A DNA stretch of 64,000 bases from Octopus sinensis (taxonomy: Eukaryota): positions 20,088,001-20,152,000 of the forward strand of contig NC_043016.1 of NCBI RefSeq assembly GCF_006345805.1, given 5' to 3'. The notes under the pieces were generated by a model. It searched no databases, was not told the DNA's origin, and worked only from the letters and a program-made list of their open reading frames with translations. Shown here piece by piece: positions 10,268-22,210 of this stretch. Every line of letters begins with the position of its first letter. Position 1 is the first letter of the stretch. The position numbers and the translations under genes are program-made.

Positions 10268-11168
10268 GTATGTGGTTGAGGTATGTTATGTTCTTTGAAC
10301 ACACATCTCTAATTAAATAATCAACTATAAACGATGTTTACAGTCGATTATTTACGTTCTGAGTTCAAATGTTGCCGAGGTCGACCCTCATCCTTTCAGG
10401 ATCGATTATATAATTACCAATTGAGTATTGAGGTCAATGTAATCGATTTCCCAACATTTCAGACTTTGGGCCTATATGGTTTTGTGGGATTTCCATGAGC
10501 AACTCTAGAAAGTCTCCTTCTTTTGGGGAATTTTTCAGTTAGAATTTATATTCTCGCTTTTACTATTTGCACGCATCTGTTTATATAACTCCTTATTGTA
10601 TTGTTCTCTTTTTTTATGACCCCTTAAGTGGTAGATAAAGAAAGCATTATTATTTATCATTAAGGTGGCGAGCTGGCAGAATCGTTAGCACGCCGTGCAA
10701 AAGGCTTAGCAGCATTTCGTTCGTTCTCAAGTTCTGAGTTCAAATTCCGCCGAAGTCGACCTTGTCTTTCATCCTTTCGGGGTCGATGAAATAAGTACAA
10801 GTGATGCACTTGGGTCGATGAAATCACTAGTCCCCGTCCCCTAAAGTTTCAGGCCTTGTGCCTATAGTAGAAAAAATGATTATTATTGATGGAATTCTGC
10901 CATACCATAAAAGCATACCATATAGCCCTTATCACTTTTTTTTAGTTTGGGGAATTTTTACAAAATTTTTGGAATTCATACGATTATGCAAAAACAAATA
11001 TAAAAAATTTCCAATTCCCTTTTTATCCTCCCATAAATCTAAAATTTTCACTGTTTTTCGATTTTTTTAAAATATGGACGGTCAGAATATGCAATTTGTT
11101 TCTGATTATAATTTCAAAATAATTTTTGAAATCGAAATTCAAAATATATTTTTAAAAATTGTGCATAT

Positions 11169-11560
11169 AGGCGTAGGAGTGGCTGTGTGGTAAGTAGCTT
11201 GCTTACCAATCAAATGGTTCCAGGTTCAGTACCACTGCGTGGCACATTGGGCAAGTGTCTTCTACTATAGCCTCGGGCCAACCAAAGCCTTGTGAGTGGA
11301 TTTGGTAGAGGGAAACTGAAAGAAACCCGTCGTATATATGTATGTGTATGTATATGTTTGTGTGTCTGTGTTTGTCCCCCCAACATCGCTTGATAACCGA
11401 TGTTGGTGTGTTTATGTCCCTGTGACTTAGCGGGTTCGGCAAAACAGACCGATAGAATAAGTACTAGGCTTACAAAGAATAAGTCCTGGGGTCGGTTTAT
11501 TCGACTAAAAGTGGTGCTCCAGCATGGCCACAGCCAAATGACTGAAACAAGTAAAAGAAT
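11169..11560 (+). mobile_element. tRNA-derived SINE (GGAGTGGCTGTGTGGTAAG family), near full length
   Basis: aggcgtaggagtggctgtgtggtaagtagcttgcttacc...ggttccaggttcagtaccactgcg...atgactgaaacaagtaaaaga. Near-identical copies lie at 18299-18695, 21604-22000, 28835-29219 (minus) and 29464-29850. Confidence 0.9.
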
Positions 11561-11645
11561 ATACACAATCTATTATCTATTCTGAATTGAAGCACACTAT
11601 ATAATCAGTCATAAGTTATAGTTATTTCCAAAAAAGTCATGTATA

Positions 11646-12100
11646 TGAGGTGGTATCAAAAGGTTCCTGGACAAGTTATGTTTAATAAAAAATAACTTAC
11701 CTACCTAAGTTTTACCATCATCTCCTTTGAATTAGTCAACCTTGCCCAGCAATACACTGGTCCCAGCATTCCTGCCACTTTTGGATCCAGCCTGGAAGTC
11801 CTTTTCCATAAAGAAGCTAAGGACCTTCTGTGATTCGCTCTTGATCTCAACAATGGTGTTAAAACTGACCTTTGGGCTGAATTTTCATCTTGGGGAAGAG
11901 ATGAAAGTCTGCAGGTGTTAATAGGAGAATAGGGTGGGTGTGGAAGCGATACCATGTTTTTGGTGAGAAAGTCACGAGTGAGGAGAGATTGGTGACAGGG
12001 TGCATTGTCGTTATGAAGAATTCATTGTGCATGCAACTATGTGCTGCCATCTGTTGGTACGCTACAGAACTAGTACGCTACCAACTCATTTTTGTGTTCA
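11646..12100 (-). mobile_element. Mariner transposon, 3' fragment
   Basis: The minus strand reads ...HTHPILLLTPADFHLFPKMKIQPKGQF, resembling PHPPYSPDLAPxDFxLFPKMK of DD34D transposases. Confidence 0.7.
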
Positions 12101-12160
12101 ACACACTGGGCCTTAGAAAATTACTATTTATAAATCTCACAACGTGAGATATTCAGCAAC

Positions 12161-12334
12161 AGTACTTTGTAGCAAAGATTGTTTGCCAACATAACATGTT
12201 TGAAAGAAAAAAAATTTTAATATAAGGACACATCATGTTGTATAGCCAGCTGGAGACGAAGTCTCTTGGGGCTAAATTACAGCAACATTTGTCCTAAACC
12301 AGATTATGTTGGCAAACAATCTTTACTATACACT
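12161..12334. repeat. Imperfect fold-back element
   Basis: agtactttgtagcaaagattgtttgccaacataa (12161-12194) pairs with ttatgttggcaaacaatctttactatacact (12304-12334). Confidence 0.55.
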
Positions 12335-12534
12335 AGGCCTTGTACGGTTATGCAAAAAAAAAGAAAAGATAGTTTTGATTAGAATTTTCTCACCCCATAT
12401 CACCCTACAAATCCTTACAAATGATCAAATTGAGTGTTTTCTGAGAATGTGCACTTTTAAACGTTCCTCAAAATTACGTCTATTAGACGTAAAATGTCTG
12501 GCAAATTTCGTTGAACTACTGCTATTATGCTTAA

Positions 12535-12754
12535 CCCTTTCATTACTGTATTTATTTTGAGATACTCTGTTTTTCTTTCAATTACTTTAAATATAACCAA
12601 GAATTTAGTAAAATAACTTAGTGATCATTCAGCTAATGTTAGGAACATAAATTGTATCTAAGGTTTGGTGGAAGATTTTAGTTCCAAACTTATGAAAATT
12701 AGTCATTTGTACTTAGAGCCAGAGCCGGTTTCAGCGGGGTTGGTAATGAAAGGG
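12535..12754. mobile_element. piggyBac-type MITE (TTAA TSD, CCC..GGG termini)
   Basis: ttaa|ccctttcattac ... gtaatgaaaggg|ttaa. A related copy at ~21514-22273 is interrupted by a SINE and a mariner MITE. Confidence 0.8.
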
Positions 12755-13086
12755 TTAATGTCATGCCTACACCCGTTGAACCTTTTATCTAATTGTTCTG
12801 TTGTGCAACCAACATAAATCAAGTTGCATTTGGTGCTTTTTGCTGCGTACACCAAATTTGAATCTTTATATGTCCCACCTTCTATATAAATCTTAACATT
12901 TCTGTTGTGGTTAGTTACTGTACAATGAACAGGTCTTACTTCCCTTGCTGCAGTTTTTATAGGTGCAGCATACAGAAACTCCAATGGCAATTTTCTTCGG
13001 CTTAGAGGTAGTGGTTAATAGTTTTATTATATTTTTATTGTATCTAAAGTCTACAATAAGCAGATAAGGGAATATTTATATTATTT

Positions 13087-13629
13087 ACATTTGATGGATA
13101 TTTGTCCTCATCTTGTTTGTTGTTAACACAACATTTTGGCTGATATACCCTCCAGCCTTCATCAGGTGTCTTGGGGGAAATTTCGAACCTGGGTTCTCAT
13201 TCCTAAGGTATTTTTCGATGTTGTTGTTGTTGTTATTATTATTATTATCATTATTATTATTATTATTCAGGTCACTGCCTGGAATCGAACTTGAAATCTT
13301 GGGGTTAGTAGCCCGTGCTCTTAACCACTACGTCAAATGCCTGTCACTACCTGGAATTGAACTCGGAATCTTGGGGTTAGTAGCCCGCACTCTTAACTAC
13401 TATGCCATATGCCCACAGGCATATGGTGTAGTGGTTAAGAGCGCAGGCTACTAAACCCTAGATTCCGAGTTCAATTCCATGCAGTGACATGAATAATAAT
13501 AACATCGAAAAATACCTTAGGAGTGAGAACCCAGGTTCGAAATTTCTCCAAGACACCTGATGAAGGCTGGAGGGTATATCAACCGAAATGTGTTAACGAC
13601 AAACAAGATGAGGACAAATATAGAACTGT
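13087..13629. mobile_element. Head-to-head inverted pair of tRNA-headed elements with hammerhead-ribozyme tails
   Basis: Symmetry axis at ~13415 (gccatatgcc-caca-ggcatatgg). Each arm is a tRNA-like head (TGGTGTAGTGG ... GAGTTCAATTCC) + linker + gacacCTGATGAaggctggagggtatatca(g/a)ccGAAA. The left arm has a duplicated head. Both ribozyme cores are mutated. Confidence 0.8.
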
Positions 13630-14265
13630 ATTAAGGGAATATTTGTTTGAAACAAAGATATTTTTCTGAAAGATGCTGGTAATTCTCATGCAACACTTTT
13701 GAAATGCCAGTGAAAATTTATTACCACTTAATCACTAAAGGAATTTGATCACAAATTTTATTTTGGCTACTAAAATTGTGTGAAGCTTTGACTTTCCTTT
13801 CTGATTTTAGCTACGTTGTTTGTGATTTCTTTTAATCATGATTCACTGTAACCTTGTTTGTCATAATGGCATACAAAAGCATTTGCATGTTTCCAATAAT
13901 TGCCTGTCTTTTAAATCCATTTTATTTTGAAAAATTGGGATTTCGAATTGTATGATGTGGATGATAAGAATGGTGGTGGAGATAAATGTTAGGTGATGTG
14001 GTCTTTCAAGATAACTCTGTCACTTTTCTGTCCTCTGAAAACTTAACTTTTGTGTCCAAAAAACACAACACTAGATTTTGGAAAACTAGATGTGAATTTT
14101 ATATTGGACTTAAAGCCACAGCTTTCTTGTGTAACAGTTACTGAACTGCAAGAAGTAAACTAAACTGTCCTGTGACGCTCCCCAGGCAAAAAGGACACCA
14201 TCTATGAATAGTAACCAGAGTATTGGTTCATGACTGTGCAGAGATTTGAATGTTTCCATTAACTG

Positions 14266-14625
14266 TACAGTTCTATATTTAAGAGATAAGGAATTATGCA
14301 CATTATTTGCAATTGACGGATATTTATCCTTATCTTGTTTGTTGTTAACACAACGTTTCGGTTGATATACCCTCCAGCCTTCATCAGGTGTCTTAGGGTA
14401 ATTTTGAAACTGGGTTCTCATTCCTAAAGTATTTTTCGATGTTATTATTATTATTCAGGTCACTGCCTGGAATCGAACTCGGAATCTTGGGATTAGTAGT
14501 CTGCACTCTTAACCACTATAAAATTTCCCCAAGACACCTGAAGAAGGCTGGAGGGTATATCAGCCGAAACGTGTTAACAACAAACAAGATGAGGAGAAAT
14601 ATCCGTCAAATGTAAATAATGTACA
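14266..14625. mobile_element. Same family: a near-complete minus copy joined to a 5'-truncated plus copy
   Basis: The minus arm spans 14266-14520 (tail tacagttctatatttaag to tRNA head ...ttaaccac). The plus arm starts at aaatttccccaagacacc (14521) and ends aatgtacat. Confidence 0.8.
14347..14392 (-). ncRNA. Minimal type I hammerhead ribozyme motif (PLE type); best-preserved copy
   Basis: Minus strand GACAC-CUGAUGA-A-GGCUG-gagggUAUAU-CAACC-GAA-ACGU-U-GUGUU. Stem I is GACAC/GUGUU, both core boxes are intact, stem II has one mismatch (perfect GGCUG/CAGCC in the 14533-14575 copy), and stem III is the palindrome ACGU. Confidence 0.75.
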
Positions 14626-15702
14626 TTAACTGTGTCTGGAATTTTGTCCTGAAGATATTAGTGAAATTAACTGCCATGGAGGCATCTATGGTGCAACCCC
14701 TTGTCTGGTGGTAAAATTTGTGTTACTTTATAACGCAAACTTCTATAATTTACGGAAGAAATTAGATGGAATACTTTTGTTTGACCATTTTTCAATAGCT
14801 TTCATGCTTGCTTCCACCCACACCCACTCATCAAGGTCAATGTCGGGGTATTGTGAAGAAACATCCATGATTATATTTTGGACACAAAATCAAAAGTATT
14901 CTGAACATAACAACTTGATCTTTTTGCTACAGGGAGTTGAAAGCCATTTAGTCATTCCAAAGTTTTGGCTGTGCAGCATTCATACCTGCTGCAAATTGGA
15001 AGAAATTTTTCAAACTTCTTGTGCATTTTTGGGAGACTATAAAGTATGCATTCTTTGTTCTGAGCACAAAATCCTAGATTCAGTCTCATTTATGAAATTG
15101 TTTCCCTCCTTTTCCGAAATTATTTTGCCAAGCTCCTCTCTGAAATTGGGGTTTGGATTGACAAATAATTCTTCATATGAAGTTCTTTACTCACTTTGTC
15201 CATAGTTATATCAATGGGCATAGTTATGATTGATGTCAGGCACAATAGCAGTAGTTCAACAGAACTTGAACATTTCAAATCTAATGACTGTAATTTTGAG
15301 GAACCTCTGAAAGCGCACGTTTTCTGACTCTGCTGCAATTTCAGTCCTCAAAATACATGAGGACAAATATATTTGTGAATTGTTAATGTCCTGCCTTGCC
15401 TTAGAGGAACGAATAAAATAACAGGAAAATTTCATCACATTTACACAAAACTGTTTGACTAAGTGTTCTCTTTCCTGTTTTCTTTTTCCTTGTTACCAGT
15501 TCTTAAAAAACGAAAATTGGTGATGTCATTTTGTCTAAAAAGGAACACAAGATATTTCTCGTTCATATTTTGAATTTCTATATTGTTGCTTTTTTTTTTT
15601 TTTTGCATCTTACATTTTGAATCCGAGGAAGACAAGCTATCGAAATATTGTTCAATTCTTTCAATTCAATAGACAAAGTCGACCGTCATCACCATCATTT
15701 AA

Positions 15703-15923
15703 TCCTTTAGCATTTAAACCGGCCATATCCGGCCAGAAGTATTCTACCTGTTTTATGTCCAAACTTGCCAGATCTGGTCTCTCACACCAATCCTACAATA
15801 TCGTTTTAAAAATTAACAGCCACCTCATCAAAATCTCATAGCACCAAGATAATGCCTGATTAGTTCAAGGCAATGTGGATAAAAAAGGATTAATTTTGGC
15901 AGAATAATGCGAACTCTAAAGGG
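15703..15923. mobile_element. piggyBac-type MITE (TTAA TSD), family B
   Basis: ttaa|tcctttagcatttaaaccggccatatccggcc ... ctaaaggg|ttaa. The same family is at 17269-17489 (reverse) and 44399-44578. Confidence 0.8.
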
Positions 15924-17268
15924 TTAAATGTCTGTTTTCCATTCTGGCATGGTTCGGAAAAATTGAAGGAACTGGCAAGGCCAAGATGTACATCAGGTTC
16001 TGTAGAATGTTTTGGCTTGGTTTCTACAGCTGGATGCCTTTCCTAATGCCAACCACTTTACAGAATATACATTGGTATTTTTTACGTGGCACTATCAGCA
16101 GTGCTGGTGATCAGTAGATCAACACGAAGAGGACTGGAGAGGACCCTCCAGCAGTATCGTAAGATTCTGACACAACATGGGAAGGGACAGTTACTGGTGA
16201 TAAACTCAGTCTGATTAGCGAAGGAAACGAGTGCCAGGGATCACCTCTGTCAGTGGGAGAGGCCATCGAGCCTCATTGGACAGCTACTGCCCGCCTCAAG
16301 CTGGGCAGCCCCAGCCAATAAGGTGCTGTCCCGCCATGGCTTACTTGCTCCACTAGGTGCATGGAGATTAGAGAACCATCTCGAAAAGTTAGCCAAAGAT
16401 TGGTCTGCACAGCCACACCAGGAAGTGCAGATAAACCCACCACCTTTTCTGAGCTACACCATTGTCTCTCGAGACGGACGGATGCTGACGAGGGGTGGGG
16501 GGCAACGAGATCAGTACAATTATGCACGCTCTTTGAATTGTTTATTTACTTTCATGAAGAGTTACGTCAATCTTCATAAATTATTTTTATTATTGAGGAT
16601 GGTTGCTGGTGTAATAGATCGTTTGTAAGATATTCAACTTTTGGCAGTTGTTCAATGTGGATGTCTACTTTGATTTTTTCCGACTGCAACTAGTACCATT
16701 TCAATTAGAAATAATGACTCGGGAACTCTAAAGAGTGTATAGTGTATGCACAAAATGTATTCTGTTTTCACCATCATCGCTTAACATCCGCTTTCCATGC
16801 TGGCATGGGGTTGGATGGTTTGACTGAGGACTGGCAAGCCAGTAGGCTGCACCAGGCTTCAATCTGATCAAGCAAGGTTTCTACAACTGGATGCCCTTCC
16901 TAGCACCAACCACTCCCGAAAATGTAGTGGGTACTCTTTATGTATCACCTGAGCATAAACCAAATACAGCTGTTTTTTTTATTTCTTTTTATACCTTGTC
17001 TTTATGTTTTTTTCTTACTTTTTGCACAATGCTAATAACCTGGTGTTAGAACTCAATGTACATAAGCTTCAGAATAAGGTGTTAGGTGAATTCACAGTAT
17101 AATATGAAGTTAAAGAAATTGATAGAGGAATAGGAGTTACACAATCAAATTCATTAGCTTACAGCTGTTTCTTCTTTAAGATGGCCTTCACTGAGGGCTT
17201 GTGTATCACTTTATACTATTCTTAAAAGTTCTGAAATGAAGTGCATGTTTATTTAGGAAAACATTTAA

Positions 17269-17489
17269 CTCTTTAGTGTTCAGATTAATCTGTTAAATGT
17301 AATACTTTTTTCACTAAAATTATTTTCAATTAATCATACATTATCTAACAGCTTTGAAGTTTCAATGGTGTGATAGTTTATTCTTAGAATGTCAATGTAG
17401 GTTAGGTGTGAGGGGCTGGATATGGCCAGTTTGAATGTAAAACATGTAGGATATTTGGGCCGGATATGGCCGGCTTAAACACCAAAGGG
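17269..17489. mobile_element. piggyBac-type MITE family B, reverse orientation
   Basis: ttaa|ctctttagtgttcagatt ... ggccggatatggccggcttaaacaccaaaggg|ttaa. Confidence 0.8.
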
Positions 17490-18298
17490 TTAAATATAGG
17501 AAAAAAATATTACCAATGAAAAGCTAAAAATACATAAGAAATGGAGTATAGACTTTGAATGACAAACTGCTCATAGAGACTCTTACCTGAGTCCCTATGA
17601 ACTGTCTGTCTCAGGTAGTTCACCATCTTTTCAGCAACAGCGTTGATAGGTTGGCTAAACCTGTTGGAGGTTACTGGTGAGTTTTACTCTCAGAGTTAAA
17701 TTCTTTAAGAGCGTCTCACCCTACACATACGAAGACTTGATTTGTGTGTGTGTGTGAGGTGTGTAATATACCTGACCTGTAGGTGTCTTTAGTAGAATTC
17801 ACTCTATTGCAAGCATTCAGGCCAGATTTCTGGTCATTCTATTGACTAAGCATTAATTCCCCCCCCCCCCCCCAAAAAAAAAAAGCTGGAAGTAAACAAC
17901 AGCTATTAACCAAGATTCTTCAAAGAAGAAAAATTAAAGTTGTCAAAATCTCAAGGAAATTCAACCATTGAGTCATCAAATTTCAGTGGTTAGAACAGTG
18001 ATATCCAGCTACAATGGGTTATATATCTTCAGAACTTGGTTCTTAATTGCTGATGCTTTTTAAGAAGTGGAGTTTTGGTCATCTTTGAAAATTAAATTTC
18101 AGGTTATCTTTTTTTTTTTGTTTTCTTTCCTTCCCTCTAAATCTCAGTTTGTCTTGATCCATTAAGCATATTCTCGTCTGTGGAAAGTTCATTTATTCCT
18201 CCTCCACTGTATCTAATTTAAAAAAAAAAGTAATATGAAAGAGAACAACTATTTTATGTTCTTTCTCATTTGCATTTTAAAATCGTATCAACATTGTC

Positions 18299-18451
18299 AG
18301 GAGTGGCTGTGTGGTAAGTAGCTTCCTTACCAACCACATGGTTCCAGGTTCAATCCCAGTATGGCATCTTGTGCAAGTGTCTTCTACTATAGCCTCGGGC
18401 CAACCAAAGCCTTGTGAGTGTATTTGGTAGACAGAAACTGAAAAAAGCCTG

Positions 18452-18505
<54 letters not shown>

Positions 18506-18695
18506 CCCAGCATTGCTTGACAACCAATCCTGGTGTGTTTATGTCCCCAGTAACTTAGCGGTTCGGCAAAAGAGACCGATAAAATAAGTACTGGGCTTAC
18601 AAAGAATAAGTCCTGAGGTCGATTTGCTCGACTAGAGGTGGTGCTCCAGCGTGGCCACTGTCAAAATGACTGAAACAAGTAAAAGAATAAAAGAA
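18299..18695 (+). mobile_element. tRNA-derived SINE (GGAGTGGCTG family)
   Basis: Full family sequence with an internal (TA)n(TG)n tract. Confidence 0.9.
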
Positions 18696-19023
18696 TTGTT
18701 ATTTTTGGTTTTATTTAATTAACCACTGGATGGGCAGGGATTGGACATATGGGCGACAAGAGATTGTGTGTGTCGGGCATATGTTAGTGGAGGTGGCATG
18801 GGGTTATACTTCTCTGAGAAGGGATACCACTGTATTTGTGGCAGTAAAATACAGATATGAAACAGAGTTGAGCACTGGGGTTGATGTAGTCATCTTCCCC
18901 TTCACCTTAAAATTACTGAACTTGTGTCAAAATTAGAAGGAATTATTCACATGACATTAGTTGTGCTGTGGTGTATTCAGGAGTATTACTCCAAAGACAT
19001 CTCTATAAAACCATGTGTAAGCA

Positions 19024-19914
19024 TTAGGTTTGGAAAATACTGTCAAATTTTTTAAAAACAATTTTGCAAATTCGATTTAAGATGTTACCTTCGTAGTGTT
19101 TTAGACGAAGTTTTACATGCTTAATAATTGACGTGTACTCTTTAATTAGCTTTTATTGATTTCTTTCAGAATATAATTTTGAAGTGTAGAAATCCTTAAT
19201 TTCAAAAAATGAAAAAACAAGAAATGTGTTTACTTTTATTGCATGAATTCAAGCTTGGACATAATGCTTCCCAAACAGCTGCCAATATCAACAGAGTATG
19301 AGGTGAAAGGTCACAACAGTGGTTTGAGAGATTCCATAGTGAGGATGAGAGCCTTGAAGAACAAGAAGGTAGAGGACGTCCATCCACCCTTGGTGATCAG
19401 CATTTGAAAACAATAGGGGAACAAAACCCACAACAAAGTGTCAGAGAAATGTCTTCTATTCTTGGTGACTGTAAGCAACTGGAAGGAATGAATGTTCACT
19501 CAAGCAAAATGAAACCTGCACTTGTTAATTGATGTGGTCCAATTCTGCTCCACGACAACACTTGACTGCACATTTCCAGGATGACATTGCAGAAGCTCAC
19601 AAACTTGGAATACAAGACCTTACCACATCTTTCATATTCTCCTGATCTTTCATCCACCAACCACTACTTTTTCAAGTATCTAGGCACTTATTTAAGGCAA
19701 CAATCCTTCCGTTCCAAAACCAAGGCTGAAACTGAATTCAAGGATTTCTTGGCATTATAATCTTTGAATTTTTATTGAAGAGACATAAATGAACTTGTTA
19801 ATTGATGGAAGAAATGCATAGCTGCTCAGGGATCATATTTTCAGTAATTATTTTCAGTTTTTCAAGAATAGAGGCTTATTTTTAAAATCGGTCATTATTT
19901 TCTGAACAACCTAA
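19024..19914 (+). mobile_element. Mariner element, internally deleted and decayed
   Basis: MKKQEMCLLLLHEFKLGHNASQTAANIN...GRGRPS (N-terminus), then LLHDN...LPHLSYSPDLSSTNHYFFKYL...WKKCIAAQGSYF (C-terminus). It ends in ...tctgaacaacctaa. Confidence 0.8.
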
Positions 19915-20537
19915 TAACTGGCTGACCTCTTTGGAATATAAACACATAATATATATGAAGTATGACTAATATTATGAGCAGTAAGCAAATGATGGAAAGC
20001 TTCTGTAACTCATTTGTATTTGAATAATTTCATTATTGTTTTTTTCTTTTAATGTTCACTTTTCCATGCTTGCTTGAGGCAGATTTTCTATGGCTTGATG
20101 CTTTTCCTGTTGCAAAACCACTTGTTTCCAGGCAAGGTAATATTTCCCCATGACTGGACAAGGTTTCATAAAAGATTGGAAACAAATGACACTGCTTGTA
20201 TGACAGTGACACTCATATCTATCATGTGATGTCAAGATGAGGACACTCACACACAAGATGTTTTTTTTCAGTTCCCATCTACCAAATCTTCTTACAAGGA
20301 TTTGGTCAGCCTGGGGCGATAGTAGAAGACTCTTGCACAAGGTGCCATGCAGTGGGACTGAACTTGAAACCACATGGTTGCGAAGCAAACACCATAACCA
20401 TATGGACATATCTTGTTTAGTTTAATGTGCAGAAACTATAAAGGAAAAATTGTTGATGTAATGTTAAATTTTTTTTTCTCACATAGGTGATTTGAAAATA
20501 TTAGCATGTCCATTCTGATTCTTTTCCATCTATGCAG

Positions 20538-20630
20538 GGATTTAACAGCCATGCAGATGAAACTGATCCTAGCCGAATAAGTCAAATAATGTCCAGAGCA
20601 CTTGATGATATGGACTGGCTTATTAAAAAG
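20538..20630 (+). CDS. LYRM9: LYRM9 coding exon 2 (phase 0/0, 31 codons)
   Basis: cttttccatctatgcAG|GFNSHADETDPSRISQIMSRALDDMDWLIKK|GTattt. It matches human [31 protein letters not shown]. Confidence 0.92.
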
Positions 20631-20681
20631 GTATTTATGTTATAATTGTAAATTTAGATATTGCAACATTACTATCATCAA

Positions 20682-20900
20682 GAAGTATATTTGCCTCTTA
20701 AAAGTGACTAACCCTTAAGGGTTGATGCTACTGTAGCTTGTAGCACCAGGAAGACATCTCCAGCAGCTGGCTATTGACACACTTTCTGTGCCCTATCAGT
20801 ATTTGCAGAAACCAGCTGGAGGAGATGTCTTCCTGGGGCTACAAGCTACAGTAGCATCCACCCTTAAGGGCTAGCCATATTTAAGTGGCAAATGTACTTC
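20682..20900. mobile_element. Fold-back MITE with ~88-bp arms
   Basis: gaagtatatttgcctcttaaaagtgactaacccttaagggttgatgctactgtagcttgtagcaccaggaagacatctccagcagctgg is mirrored at ~20812-20900 with few mismatches. Confidence 0.85.
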
Positions 20901-21603
20901 ACGATTTTGTGCAGCTACTGTTTATACCTGGCTCAGAGATTTATTATTGTTTACTATTATCATTATTGTTTTTCCGTTTATTTGTTAAACCAGTCTATAG
21001 TACTGATGTTGTATGGTAGGTAGACCTATGCAACTGATGTCTTCATCTCACATTTAAAGCTCACTCATTTAATTGTTTCTGAAGTCTAACAAGGTTAATC
21101 TCTTCTGCATCATTCACAATACATCCCGGTACCATTATATAAATGCATTTCTTTGTTGTTTTCTCAACTCTGTTGTGGTAAATCTTTCTGTTCATTTGCT
21201 TTCAATGTGTGTGTGTGTAGGTGTTTTGTCTCCTTGGTGACAGTTGCAAACAAGGGACACCATTATGTGAACATTGTCATTCACTTTCAGTATCCTGTGA
21301 AAACATACACAACCATAGAAAAATATCTTGCTTGAAAATAGGTGAGAGCTGATATCAGAAAGAGCATCTGGCCATAGAAAACCTGTTTCAATGAATTCTG
21401 CTCTATGCAAGCATAAAAAAAAATTAACATTAAAACAATATATACTTGTTTGTGTGGGTTGGGGTATAAGCTAACATACTCATGTGGTAGGCCAAGAAAA
21501 AAAAATTCAACTTAACCCTTTTGTTACCAACCCAGCTGAAACCGACACTGGCTCTGAAGTACAAATGTTTTGTTTTCATAAGTTTTGCATTAAAATCTTC
21601 CAC

Positions 21604-22000
21604 AGGAGTGGCTGTGTGGTAAGTAGCTTGCTAACCAACCACATGGTTGCGGGTTCAGTCCCACTGCGTGGCATCTTGGGCAAGTGTCTTCTGCTACAGC
21701 CCCGGGCCGACCAATGCCTTGTGAGTGGATTTGGTAGACGGAAACTGAAAGAAGCCTGTCGTATATATGTATATATATATATATGTGTGTTTGTGTGTCT
21801 GTGTTTGTCCCCCTAGCATTGCTTGACAACCGATGCTGGTGTGTCTACGTCCCCGCCACTTAGCGGTTCAGCAAAAGAAACCGATAGAATAAGTACTGGG
21901 CTTACAAAGAATAAGTTCCGGGGTCGATTTGATCGACTAAAGGCAGTGCTCCAGCATGGCCGCAGTCAAATGACTGAAACAAGTAAAAGAGTAAAGAGTA
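21604..22000 (+). mobile_element. tRNA-derived SINE nested in a TTAA MITE
   Basis: Full family copy. Its flanks continue the ttaacccttttgttacc...gagagggttaa MITE (21514-22273). Confidence 0.88.
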
Positions 22001-22076
22001 AACCTTTGTCGCAATTTATGTTCTTAACACTAGCTGAATGATAACTAAGTTATTTTACTAAATTCTTCGTTATATT

Positions 22077-22210
22077 AGGTTGTCCCAAAAGTTCGTAAAT
22101 CTGGAATATAAAGATGAAAGTAACTATAACAATATAAACCCAAACAAACAATTAAAAATTGCATAAAAATTCAAATTTTCGCAAGTGTTTATGAACTTTT
22201 GGGACAACCT
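22077..22210. mobile_element. Mariner-type mini-MITE
   Basis: Perfect 18-bp TIR aggttgtcccaaaagttc / gaacttttgggacaacct. Confidence 0.8.

Larger units (their letters stand above)
12755..15235 (-). mobile_element. Decayed Penelope-like element (RT + GIY-YIG endonuclease), interrupted by two insertions
   Basis: Minus strand, in order: YSLPKMHK..PICS, MDVSSQYPDID and GCTIDASMAVNFTNIF (14630-15235); PILWLLFIDGVLFAWG..SLVYFLQFSN (RT YIDD motif, 14110-14265); IKFTSSFPKSSVVFLDTKV...YLHHHSYPHH (13900-14110); and DSNLVYAAKSTKCNLIYVGCTTEQLDKRFNGCRHDI (GIY-YIG, 12755-12900). Confidence 0.82.

Noticed and set aside
13418-13487. tRNA genes (also 4470-4547 and the SINE heads)
   Set aside because: A and B boxes are present, but the cloverleaf is incomplete and each runs into a repeated non-tRNA body, so these are SINE heads.
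16130-16560. GC-richer unique-looking segment with three overlapping short ORFs
   Set aside because: No motif, splice pattern or repeat partner was recognised. It is probably a retroelement UTR fragment and is left unannotated.
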